A stretch of 64,000 nt of DNA from Candidatus Fraserbacteria bacterium (GTDB taxonomy: Bacteria; Bipolaricaulota; Bipolaricaulia; RBG-16-55-9; JANLFV01), in the NCBI GenBank assembly GCA_037446135.1, contig JBBIJD010000001.1:27156-91155 (forward strand). Reading direction: 5' to 3'. The notes under the pieces are model-generated. The model did not search any database. It saw only the letters and a list, made by a program, of their open reading frames with translations, and had not been told where the DNA came from. The position numbers were made by a program, and so were the translations under genes. Below, piece by piece: positions 9,550 through 18,357 of this stretch (its first letter is position 1; every line of letters starts with the position of its first letter).

Positions 9550-10430
9550 GGGGTCAGTTCGAGGAATTCGATCCTGTCCAGGTCCTCCAGGTCGATGAGG
9601 GCCAGATTCAGGATGTCCCGCTCGAATTGGCTCCCGGGGTTGAGGCAGATCGTCCGGCCGAGCTGGGTCCGCCACTGGCCGGAGAGCTTGTAAGAGAGAT
9701 GGACATGGCCATGGAGGGTGAGTGGCGGCTGCTCGGATTTGATGAACCTCCTGATCGCGGTGCTCCCGACATGGGGGTCGAGCTCCAAGCCCTGGTAGCG
9801 GCTCTTTCCGACCTCGATCAGGTCGAGCTCCGTTCCGTAGGGCGGGGCATGGAAGAGATAGATCGTCTCTTTCGGATCGGAGAGCCGCTTCAGCTCTAAA
9901 AGGTCTTCGGCGATCGTGGTCCTCTCGGTGAAGGGGACCGTCCGGACTCCGGTCTCGGCGATATCGAGGATCGGGTCCTGCCAGAGCGGGGCGAGCCGCC
10001 CACGGTCCTCATACTTCTCCCAGTCCTTGAGGAAGAATGGCGAAGGGGGGATGAAGGGGTAGCCGGCGATCTTGTATGGGCCGAGCCGGTAGACCCGTCC
10101 GTGCAACAGCTTGATCGTCCCTGCTGCCTCCGCCGCTTCGAGCAATTCGAGGTTCACTCGGCGATCGTCGTTGCCCATCATGATGTATAGTTCGACCGCA
10201 GCCTTCTGGCGGAACGCGGTTAAGGCGGAGATCAAGTAGTCCTGGAGGAAGGCCCGCTGCCGCTCGATTCCGGGGATGGGTTCACCGGGCTTCCAATTAT
10301 AAATCCCCTTGGGTGTGATGTCCCCCCCGATGATCACGGCCTGGCAGGCTCGAGCGGCGAGGTCCAGGAGCAGGTCATAGAGCTTCCTGTTGCCATGTAA
10401 GTCTGTGGCGTAGGCCACTATATAAGCCAT
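9546..10430 (-). CDS. Metallophosphoesterase (calcineurin-like phosphoesterase)
   Basis: 294 aa. DLHGN, GGDIT, GNDD, HAPP and GHVH motifs in canonical order. Confidence 0.85.
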   Translation of the reverse strand: MAYIVAYATDLHGNRKLYDLLLDLAARACQAVIIGGDITPKGIYNWKPGEPIPGIERQRAFLQDYLISALTAFRQKAAVELYIMMGNDDRRVNLELLEAAEAAGTIKLLHGRVYRLGPYKIAGYPFIPPSPFFLKDWEKYEDRGRLAPLWQDPILDIAETGVRTVPFTERTTIAEDLLELKRLSDPKETIYLFHAPPYGTELDLIEVGKSRYQGLELDPHVGSTAIRRFIKSEQPPLTLHGHVHLSYKLSGQWRTQLGRTICLNPGSQFERDILNLALIDLEDLDRIEFLELTP

Positions 10431-10539
10431 CGCCTCTGGGTCCCTTCGGCAGGCGGAGTCAGGAGAGGAGGGAGGGGGAGGCCCAAGGCCCGGGGTTGGT
10501 TAGGCCTTGGGCCTCAGTTGAAAGAAAGGGGGTTAGCTT

Positions 10540-11802
10540 TCAGACCCAGCCGCGGAGCTTCATCGCCTCCGCCACCCGCTGGACGGCCACGAGATAGGCC
10601 GCCAGCCGCATGTGGACCCGCTTCTTCTCGAACATCCCGATGACCTCCTGGAAGGCCTTGGTCATCTTCTGGTCGAGACGCTGGTGGACTTCCTCGAGGG
10701 GCCAGTAATCGCCTGTGACATTCTGGACCCACTCGAAGTAGCTGACAGTCACCCCGCCGGCATTACATAAGAAGTCGGGGATCACGAAGACACCCTTCTC
10801 GTGGAGGATCTCATCGGCCTCCGGGGTCGTCGGCCCGTTGGCCGCCTCGGCGATGATCTTGGCCTTGATCCTCCCGGCATTCTCCTTGGTGATCACATTC
10901 TCCAAGGCCGAGGGCCAGAGGACAGTGACATCCAGCTCGAGGAGCTCCTCGTTCGTGATCCTCTCGGAGTTGGGGAAGTCGGCGACCGTCCCCGTCTCCT
11001 TCTTGTGCTCGAGCAGGCGGTAGGGGTCGAGCCCCCGCTCGGAGTAGACCCCACCTTGGGAGTCGCTGACCGCCACGATCTTCGAGCCGAAGATCTTCTT
11101 GGAGAGGATCGCGGCGAAGCTACCCGCGTTCCCGTAGCCTTGGACCGCGACCGTAGCCTTCGCGAGGTCAATTCCCAGGTATTTAGCCGCCTCGCGGACG
11201 CAGTAGATCCCGCCCCGGGCGGTAGCATCATCTCGTCCGAGCGAGCCACCCAGCGGGACCGGCTTCCCGGTGATCACTCCCGGCGCGTTATATCCTCGGA
11301 GCTTGGAGAATTCATCCATCATCCAGGCCATGATCTGAGGGGTGGTGTAGACATCGGGTGCGGGGATATCCTTCTCCGGGCCGATGAACTCCCCCAAGGC
11401 GCGGATATAGCCCCGAGCGAGCTGCTCCAGCTCTCGCTCGGACATCTCCTTGGGGTTGCAGACCACCCCGCCCTTACCCCCCCCATAAGGGAGGTCGACG
11501 ATCGCGGTCTTCCAGGTCATCCAAGCGGCCAAGGCCCGGACCGTATCTATAGTCTCCTGGGGGTGGAACCTGATCCCACCCTTCGTCGGGCCGCGAGCAT
11601 CGTTATATTGGACGCGGAAGCCCTTGAAGACCTCGACCCGCCCATCGTCCATCCGGACGGGGATCAGGACATGGAGCTCGCGCATCGGCTCGCGGAGCAT
11701 CGCGTGGGTCGGCTCATCCAATCCGAGGATCTCTGCCGCCTCATCGAGCTGCTTCTGAGCGATCTTAAACGGATTCAGTTCCTCTACCAATACCTTCGCC
11801 AT
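10540..11802 (-). CDS. gdhA: Glutamate dehydrogenase, paralog 2
   Basis: 420 aa. [28 protein letters not shown]. About half the residues match paralog 1 by eye. Confidence 0.95.
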   Translation of the reverse strand: MAKVLVEELNPFKIAQKQLDEAAEILGLDEPTHAMLREPMRELHVLIPVRMDDGRVEVFKGFRVQYNDARGPTKGGIRFHPQETIDTVRALAAWMTWKTAIVDLPYGGGKGGVVCNPKEMSERELEQLARGYIRALGEFIGPEKDIPAPDVYTTPQIMAWMMDEFSKLRGYNAPGVITGKPVPLGGSLGRDDATARGGIYCVREAAKYLGIDLAKATVAVQGYGNAGSFAAILSKKIFGSKIVAVSDSQGGVYSERGLDPYRLLEHKKETGTVADFPNSERITNEELLELDVTVLWPSALENVITKENAGRIKAKIIAEAANGPTTPEADEILHEKGVFVIPDFLCNAGGVTVSYFEWVQNVTGDYWPLEEVHQRLDQKMTKAFQEVIGMFEKKRVHMRLAAYLVAVQRVAEAMKLRGWV

Positions 11803-11978
11803 CTAATCCTCCTGAGATCTCACTTGGGCGGCCTTTGGCCCTTGCTCAAGGGTAAGTATACCATGGCTAGGTGGAGGGGTAGAATGCTCCAGCTCAGCCG
11901 GCGGCCTGACTCAGGTCAGGAATCGGTTTGGAGAAAAGTTGGGTATAGGGTTATAATCCAGGTCCGAAGGGTTAGACC

Positions 11979-12746
11979 ATGAGAGTCTGTGTCCTCGGCA
12001 GCGGGAGCGGTGGAAACTCGACCCTCATCGAGTGTGGAGGGACAGCAATCCTCATCGATGCCGGGTTGAGCTGCCTCCGGGTCCGGCAGGAATTGAGGGC
12101 ACTCGGGCTCGCCCCTCATCAGAAGGTCGCGGCCATCTTCATCACTCACGAGCATGCCGACCACTGCTGTGAGGCCGGCTCGCTCGCCCGGCGATTCGGC
12201 TGCCCGATCTACGGGACGCGGGGGACGCTGGAGGCGCTGCGGTGGTGCCTCAGCGGGCAGGAGGAGTTGCGCCACTTCGCCCTAGGGGAAGAGCTGGAGA
12301 TCGGTCCTTTTCGGATCACATCTTTCCCCATCTTCCACGATGCCGCCGAGCCTTGTGGCTATCTGGTCAGCGATGGGAAGAGCTCGGTCGGACTGGCCAC
12401 TGATCTGGGGGTGATGAGCCGGGCCGCGCTGGAGGCCCTCGCCGCCTGTGAGGTCGTGGTCCTCGAAGCGAACCACGACCTGGAGATGCTCCGCAATGGG
12501 CCCTATCCTTGGGATTTGAAGCAGCGGATCCGGAGCGAGGTCGGCCACCTCTCGAATGAGGCCTGTGGGGAGGCCCTGGCCGAGCTGGCCTCCAAAGGGC
12601 GGCTCCGGGCCGCCTTCCTCGCCCACCTCTCCCGGACGAACAACCGCCCGGAATTGGCCCTCCAGACGGTCCAGAGCTACCTGGACGGGCGGGCCGAGCT
12701 CCTCCTCACCTGGCAGGACAAGAGGAGCGAGTTGCTGATACTATGA
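11979..12746 (+). CDS. MBL-fold metallo-hydrolase (metallo-beta-lactamase superfamily)
   Basis: 255 aa. ITHEHADH zinc-binding motif and downstream His/Asp ligands. Confidence 0.85.
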   Translation: MRVCVLGSGSGGNSTLIECGGTAILIDAGLSCLRVRQELRALGLAPHQKVAAIFITHEHADHCCEAGSLARRFGCPIYGTRGTLEALRWCLSGQEELRHFALGEELEIGPFRITSFPIFHDAAEPCGYLVSDGKSSVGLATDLGVMSRAALEALAACEVVVLEANHDLEMLRNGPYPWDLKQRIRSEVGHLSNEACGEALAELASKGRLRAAFLAHLSRTNNRPELALQTVQSYLDGRAELLLTWQDKRSELLIL

Positions 12747-12796
12747 CCCTCGCCCTTAGAGGGGGTGGGGCGAGGGTGATCCTAAAGGAGGGATCG

Positions 12797-13747
12797 ATGA
12801 AGCTGGAGAAGGTGGCCGAACTGATGGAGCGACACGGTATCCCCGGCCGGGATGCCTTTGACCTCCCGACCTCAGAGAAGCGGTTCCCTGACGGGGCCTG
12901 GTATCGGATGGAGATCTCGGGGGTCGAGCGGCCCCAGGTCCTGGAGGCGGTCATCTCTGAGATGGAAAAGAGAAAAGTCCCGATCCATCGGGTGATCTCG
13001 GTCGTGATGGGCGCGACACTCCTCGACAAAGGGGAGCTCCGGGCCTTCGCCCAGATGGCGGCTGAGGCGCAATTGGAGGTAATTCTAACCCCCGGCCCGC
13101 GGGCCGCCTGGGATATCGGAAGGCAGCCGCTCACTCCGGAGGGGATCATTTCCGGCCTGAGGTTCCGCGGCTCGGAGGGCCTAAAACAGGTGATCGCCGA
13201 CATCATGCGGGGGATCGACCTCGGCTTCCGCGGCTTCCTGGTGATCGATGAGGGGCTCCTCTGGCTCTTGAATGAGATGAAGAAGTCCGGCGAGATTCCC
13301 AAGGATGTGACCTTCAAGGTCTCGATCTACGCCGGGCACGCCAACCCTGCGGGGGGGAGGCTCCTCGAATCTTTAGGGGCGGGCTCCTTCAACCCCGTGG
13401 CCGACCTGAGCTTGCCCCAGTTCGCCGCGATCAGGAAGGCCATCTCCATCCCCCTGGATGTGCACATCATGCTCACCGAATCCTTTGGGGGCTATACCCG
13501 GATCTACGACGGCCCGGAGCTCGCAAGGGTGACCGCACCGTGTTACTTCAAGATCGAGCCCGGCCCGGCCTGTGCCGTCGGGCCACAAGCTTTATATAAG
13601 CCCTGGGTGAGCGCCGGGCTGCTCGCTGACTGGGCAAGGGAGAAGGTGAAGTATGCCCAGATCATCCACGAGACGATCCAGGAGAACTTCCCCCAGGCCA
13701 CCCTCTCTAAGCAGGGCCCGGCAGACCTGGCGATCCCCAGGCCATGA
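12797..13747 (+). CDS. Conserved hypothetical protein (function not recognised)
   Basis: Start set at MKLEKVAELM, which has the AAGGAGGG RBS 4 nt upstream. The in-frame ORF-track start at 12743 lacks an RBS. Composition is protein-like throughout. Confidence 0.6.
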   Translation: MKLEKVAELMERHGIPGRDAFDLPTSEKRFPDGAWYRMEISGVERPQVLEAVISEMEKRKVPIHRVISVVMGATLLDKGELRAFAQMAAEAQLEVILTPGPRAAWDIGRQPLTPEGIISGLRFRGSEGLKQVIADIMRGIDLGFRGFLVIDEGLLWLLNEMKKSGEIPKDVTFKVSIYAGHANPAGGRLLESLGAGSFNPVADLSLPQFAAIRKAISIPLDVHIMLTESFGGYTRIYDGPELARVTAPCYFKIEPGPACAVGPQALYKPWVSAGLLADWAREKVKYAQIIHETIQENFPQATLSKQGPADLAIPRP

Positions 13748-13847
13748 CATGAGATTTGCCTCTCAAGCGGGCGGAGCACTTCATGGCATGGAGGCAATGC
13801 CGGCTTGGGTCGAGGACCGAGACTAGTAGGAAGAGGTGGTGAGAGGA

Positions 13848-13925
13848 GGGGTCGAGCAGCCTCTTGATCTGGGGGTGAGAGGTAAAGCGTGTGGATCGAG
13901 AAGCGTGCTCGACCCCCGGTTTTAA
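13848..13925. terminator. Possible bidirectional terminator: long GC-rich inverted repeat (GGGGTCGAGCA...TGCTCGACCCC) followed by GGTTTTAATT
   Basis: Perfect 11-bp arms at 13848-13858 and 13907-13917 between convergent genes, with an A/T-rich flank. The loop is unusually long (~48 nt), so confidence is modest. Confidence 0.35.
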
Positions 13926-13975
13926 TTATACCAAAAAGAGGGGATTCTTGACAGTGGTGCTGATAAACCTCATCA

Positions 13976-14851
13976 CTAGGGACTTTCTCGGAAGGCAAAC
14001 CCCATCTGGGCGGTATTGAAGGCCACGCCGTGGTTCCCGAACCGGTCGAGGGCGATCACCCCGGCGAATGAGCCGGTCTTCCGGGCTAAGAGTGCGATCC
14101 CCCGTTCCGCCGCCTCTTGGGGGTGGGCCCCCTCCTCGATATAGCGGACGACCTCACGGGCCAGACAGACTCGGATGATATCCTCCCCAGCACCGGTGGC
14201 CGAGGCCCCGCCGTATTCGTTGCAGTAGGTCCCGGCCCCGATGAGCGGGGTGTCCCCGACCCTCCCAGGGAACATGGTGTAGCGCCCGCCGGTAGAGGTC
14301 CCGGCCGCGAGCGCCCTGTCGTTTAAGGCCACGGCCCCGACCGTCCCGGTCGGTTGGAGCTTGAACCGCTCCCGGAGCTTGGCGAGCTGCTGGCGGTAGC
14401 TGAGCCCGGAGAGCTCCTCCTGGAGCCGGGCGAGCCGCTCTAAGGCCCCTTTGCTCCGCAGATCCTCCTGCTTGAAGCCGAACTCTTCGGCGAAGCGGAG
14501 GGCCCCCTCCCCGGAGAGGAGGACATGCGGCGATTCCTTCATCACCAGGAGGGCCACGGAGATGGCGTGCCTGATCCCCGGGAGGGAGGCGACCCCGCCG
14601 CATTCCAGGCGAGAGTTCATGATCGAGGCATCCAAGCGGACGACCCCATCGAGCTGGATCGCCCCGCCAAAGCCGGCATTGAACCACTCCGAGTCCTCGA
14701 GGATGTTGATCGCCCGCTCGACGGCCCGCTCTGGCCCCATCTCCAGGGCCGCGAGGCCTTCGCGGGCCGCCTCCTCTAGGATCGGCTTTCGCTTCTCCTG
14801 GACCTCGGGCGGGACCGTCCCCGCCCCGCCGTGGACGATGATCTTCCTCAA
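13976..14851 (-). CDS. Isoaspartyl peptidase / L-asparaginase (Ntn-hydrolase, asparaginase-2 family)
   Basis: 291 aa. GTVGAVALD Thr-nucleophile motif and HGGAG start. Confidence 0.9.
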   Translation of the reverse strand: MRKIIVHGGAGTVPPEVQEKRKPILEEAAREGLAALEMGPERAVERAINILEDSEWFNAGFGGAIQLDGVVRLDASIMNSRLECGGVASLPGIRHAISVALLVMKESPHVLLSGEGALRFAEEFGFKQEDLRSKGALERLARLQEELSGLSYRQQLAKLRERFKLQPTGTVGAVALNDRALAAGTSTGGRYTMFPGRVGDTPLIGAGTYCNEYGGASATGAGEDIIRVCLAREVVRYIEEGAHPQEAAERGIALLARKTGSFAGVIALDRFGNHGVAFNTAQMGFAFRESP

Positions 14852-14945
14852 CTTGGCCTCCTTGAAGGTGATCTTGACTTGGCGGATTATAGCCCTGGAA
14901 GGGGGCTTTGCAAAGGGCCCCGGCCCCTTCTATACTCCTCCCAGG

Positions 14946-15503
14946 ATGGAGATCAATCTGCCGAACCAGCTTACCCTGCTCCGGATCGCCATCATCCCCA
15001 TCTTGATGGTCTTCATCCTCATTCCTCCGGCCTGGGGGAAGATCGTGGCGATCTTCATCTTCGCCATCGCGGCCCTCTCCGATGCCGTCGACGGCTACAT
15101 CGCCCGGAACTGGCGCCAGGTGACGGACTTCGGGAAGTTCGCCGACCCCATCGCGGACAAGCTCTTGATCGCCTCCGCCTTAATCTGCTTCCTCCAGCTC
15201 GGGGAGTTCGGGAGCTGGGGGGCGGCGATCGTCATGACGATCCTCGCCCGGGAGTTCCTCGTCACCGGGTTGAGGATCTTGGCCGTCTCCCAAGACTTAG
15301 TGATCCGGGCCTCCACCTTGGGGAAGCTCAAGACCCTCGCCCAGATCGGGCTGGTCTTCGTCATTTTAGGGAAGAGCTACTTCGACTGGGGCGAGGCCGG
15401 AGAGATCGCAAAAGCGCTGTTTATCGGGCTGGCGCTTTTCTTGGCCCTCGTCTCTGGGGCCGACTATTTCTATCGCAGCCGGAGGCTCTTCCGTCGGCTC
15501 TAG
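14946..15503 (+). CDS. pgsA: CDP-diacylglycerol--glycerol-3-phosphate 3-phosphatidyltransferase
   Basis: Start at MEINLPNQLTLLRIAI. CDP-alcohol phosphotransferase motif DAVDGYIARNW...G...DPIADK. The N-terminal extension in the ORF track is low-complexity and antisense to the asparaginase gene. Confidence 0.9.
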   Translation: MEINLPNQLTLLRIAIIPILMVFILIPPAWGKIVAIFIFAIAALSDAVDGYIARNWRQVTDFGKFADPIADKLLIASALICFLQLGEFGSWGAAIVMTILAREFLVTGLRILAVSQDLVIRASTLGKLKTLAQIGLVFVILGKSYFDWGEAGEIAKALFIGLALFLALVSGADYFYRSRRLFRRL

Positions 15504-18280
15504 CCCCGGACGGAAATGGTCCTAGTCGCTGAGCTGGTATAGCCATCGTTATCGGTGACAGTCAGTGTCACGGGGTAGTCCCCGGCCTTGGGGAAGACCC
15601 ACTTGACGACCTTCCCCTCGGCGTCGGTGGCCTTATCTCCGGTGAAGTCCCATTCATACCTCACGATGTAGCCATCGGGATCGAATGAGGGCGAGCCGTC
15701 GAAGGTCACCTCCTCTCCGGCCTTCGGCTCCGCTGGGGCATAGGTGAAGTCCGCAAAGGGTGGCTGGAAGGTGACGACGATCGGGCGGGGCCGCTCGGCC
15801 GCCCCGAACTCCACTCGGAGGACCTCCCCAGGCTGGAGGAAAAGCTCGAGCCTCGTCGGGGTCGTCGGCTCATAGCGGGCCGGGAGGGTCGCAGGATCGA
15901 GGGAGAGGGAATACCTCCCGGGCAAGAGGGCGGTGAAGACGAACTCGCCCTGCGAGTCAGTGTAGGTGTCCACCAACTCGGCATCGCTCAGGATCAGTCT
16001 TACCCTCGGAAGGCCGGGCTCGCCTTCCTCTCGCCGGCCGTCCCGATTGAGGTCCTTGAAGACCACTCCCAAGATCGCCGCGGCCCTCGCTAGAGGGATG
16101 TCGAGCTTGAGGACCTCTCCCGCCTCCAGTTCGAGCTCGATCGGGAGGGCCACGGCCGGGGCCAGCTCAGCCGGGACCCGGCGGATCGTGAGGAGATACC
16201 TTCCGGGCCAGAGCGGCGGGAAGCGGTAGAACCCGGTCTTCTCCCCGTCGGAGCGGACTGTCACTTCACCGATCTGGAGGAAGACTCCGCTCACACCCGG
16301 CTCGCCGGGATCACGGGCCGAATTGCCGTCCTCATCGATGAAGATGTAGCCCTCGACCCGGGCCTTAGTGAGGATGAACGGGAGGGGGAGGTTGAACCTC
16401 AGGAGGCCTTCCAGGGCCACTCCTAGCTCCGCGGCCCCACTTACTATCGGGAGCGAGGCCCTCGTCTCGATCGCCCCTTCCCAGGCCTGGGACTCGACCG
16501 CCAGCCAGAGGGCGAGCTCGAGTCCCTCCTCGCTCCAGGCCCCGCGCAAGGCCGCGGCCAGGGCCCCCACCCGCAAGGTGAGCCCCGTCTCCAAGCCGAA
16601 GGAGGTGTCAGTGACCATCCCAGAGATGAGGTCATCGGTGAGAGCCTCGCTGAGCCGGAGGGAGAGGAGGGCCCCTCCCCCCGGCCTCAGGCTGAGCAGT
16701 TGCTCATACTGGGAGTATTGATAATCCGTCCCGGTGACGCGATCGCTCTCCCTGGTAGTGCTGGCAGTGAAAGCCAGTGTCGCCTGGCCGATGGGCTGGC
16801 TGAGGCTGGAATAGGCCGTCCTTTCCACCCGATTGACCTCGGGGGAGAGGCCCTCGCTGAACTGCTCCTCGAATTCGGCCCGGAGGCGGAGCGTGGGGAG
16901 CTCCCGCCCGAATGTATGGTAGCCGCTGAAGGAGCTGCGGATGGTGGTGATCCCCGAGACCGTCGGCCTCTGACTCAGGTTCTCCTCGCTTAAGCCAAGT
17001 GAGAGGGTGAGCAAAGGGAGGCTCGGGGAAGAGGTCCGGTAGGCCAGCTCACCGCTGACCCGATCCCCGAGGGTCGGGCCGCGGAGGGCCAGACCGAGCC
17101 GGAGGAGCGAGTCGCCGAAGTAGAACCCCAGGTGGCTGCTGAGAGCCCCGTCAATCCCCTCGGCTGTGCCACTTGCCTCCGCGGTGAGGGTGAGATCCAG
17201 GGCCCCGGCCTGGGCGATGGTGAGCCGGAGGTCATGCCGCTCCGGCGGGCCGGGATAATCCAGAAGATCGAGCTCGAGCCGCTTCAGTCCTGCCTCCGGA
17301 AGGCCGAGGTAGTTGAGCCGCAAGCTGTCGGCGGCCCGCTCGAGGAAGAAGGAGTCCCTAGCGGTGCCCCAGCCGAACAGGAGCCCCGGCTCGAGCCCCG
17401 CGAAGAGGTCGGCGAGATGGAGTTCGAGCCGGAGGGAGCTCTCTTTGCTGATCCGCCCACCGGCGAAGAGGTCGAGTGAGAGGGCCCGCTCTTCAGTGAG
17501 CAGGGGGCTCTCGAGCCGGAACTCGAGCGTCGCCGGTAGCTCGGCGTAGAGTGCCCCGCCGACCGCTTGGGGCGGTGGCGGGAGGAGGCTGATCCAGGCC
17601 GTGGCCTCGGCCTTCACCTCCGGCTTAGTGAGTGAGCTGGCCTTGAGTGTGACCCTGAGCCTCCCTATCGTGGCGGTCGGGAGGACCGTGGCGAGGACCC
17701 CGGCCCTCCGGGCCTCCCCGGGGAGGAGGTCGAGCTGGCCCTCCTCCAGCTCGGCGACGATCTCCGGTGAGCTGGTGACCTCCAGCTTGAAGGAGTCGGG
17801 GAGATTCCCGCGGTTGAGGACCACAAACTCCAGTCGGACCCGCGTGCCGGGATCGGCCTGGACCTCCGGCGGAGGGAAGACCTCGACCGCTGCTTGAGGG
17901 AGGACGATGATGATCGCAGTCGCAGAGGCAGTGATCGAGGGACTGCTCTCGGCTGTGGCCTTAAGCTGGAGGAGGTTCTCGCCCGCCTCGGCCTGAGCGG
18001 TCACGAAGACGGTGATGAAGAGTGCTTGCTCCTCATCGGTTTCCAGCTCGACCGCCGTGGGCGGGGAGACGGGCTCAAGCCCAGGAGAGGGGGAAAGCTC
18101 GAGGAGGAAGCGGTCCGCCGCGCCGCGGTTCCGGATGGAGAAGACATGGGTGACGAATTCCCCTGGTAGGGCCTGCTTCGGCGGGGAGACAGCTTCGAGC
18201 TCCACCTGGGCGAACGCGGCCGCCTGATAGAGCAGGAATAGTGATAAGATGAGGATCAGCCGGCGCATCGCGGGTCGCAC
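15500..18280 (-). CDS. Large secreted/cell-surface multi-domain protein: DUF11/CARDB-like N-terminal repeats, central beta-rich region, two Cna-B/SdrD-B-type Ig-like domains and C-terminal PKD domain
   Basis: 926 aa. Signal peptide MRRLILILSLFLLYQAAAFAQ. C-terminal PKD signature (VTFDGSPSFDPDGYIVRYEWDFGD...YPVTLTVTDNDG). Two carboxypeptidase-regulatory/SdrD-B-like repeats (YIFIDEDGNSARDPGEPGVSGV...; VFKDLNRDGRREEGEPGLPRVRL...). Middle ~350 aa has alternating hydrophobic periodicity compatible with a beta-barrel or beta-sandwich array. Confidence 0.75.
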   Translation of the reverse strand: MRPAMRRLILILSLFLLYQAAAFAQVELEAVSPPKQALPGEFVTHVFSIRNRGAADRFLLELSPSPGLEPVSPPTAVELETDEEQALFITVFVTAQAEAGENLLQLKATAESSPSITASATAIIIVLPQAAVEVFPPPEVQADPGTRVRLEFVVLNRGNLPDSFKLEVTSSPEIVAELEEGQLDLLPGEARRAGVLATVLPTATIGRLRVTLKASSLTKPEVKAEATAWISLLPPPPQAVGGALYAELPATLEFRLESPLLTEERALSLDLFAGGRISKESSLRLELHLADLFAGLEPGLLFGWGTARDSFFLERAADSLRLNYLGLPEAGLKRLELDLLDYPGPPERHDLRLTIAQAGALDLTLTAEASGTAEGIDGALSSHLGFYFGDSLLRLGLALRGPTLGDRVSGELAYRTSSPSLPLLTLSLGLSEENLSQRPTVSGITTIRSSFSGYHTFGRELPTLRLRAEFEEQFSEGLSPEVNRVERTAYSSLSQPIGQATLAFTASTTRESDRVTGTDYQYSQYEQLLSLRPGGGALLSLRLSEALTDDLISGMVTDTSFGLETGLTLRVGALAAALRGAWSEEGLELALWLAVESQAWEGAIETRASLPIVSGAAELGVALEGLLRFNLPLPFILTKARVEGYIFIDEDGNSARDPGEPGVSGVFLQIGEVTVRSDGEKTGFYRFPPLWPGRYLLTIRRVPAELAPAVALPIELELEAGEVLKLDIPLARAAAILGVVFKDLNRDGRREEGEPGLPRVRLILSDAELVDTYTDSQGEFVFTALLPGRYSLSLDPATLPARYEPTTPTRLELFLQPGEVLRVEFGAAERPRPIVVTFQPPFADFTYAPAEPKAGEEVTFDGSPSFDPDGYIVRYEWDFTGDKATDAEGKVVKWVFPKAGDYPVTLTVTDNDGYTSSATRTISVRG

Positions 18281-18357
18281 TCTCCTGGCCGATTCTAGGC
18301 GGACTTAATGGCCGGGAAGAAGGGACTGTAGGATCTGGCTCGGCTTCTTTCGGTCAG

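Noticed and set aside
10801-11982. 393-aa plus-strand ORF antisense to glutamate dehydrogenase paralog 2
   Set aside because: Low-complexity composition (RGDLP-rich) with no motifs. The opposite strand encodes a protein with clear GDH signatures.
14451-14945. N-terminal extension of track ORF 14451..15503 and of 31971..33122
   Set aside because: Both extensions are Arg/Ser/Pro-rich and overlap convergent or adjacent real genes. The conserved enzyme sequence begins at internal Met codons (14946 for PgsA, 32118 for ADH).
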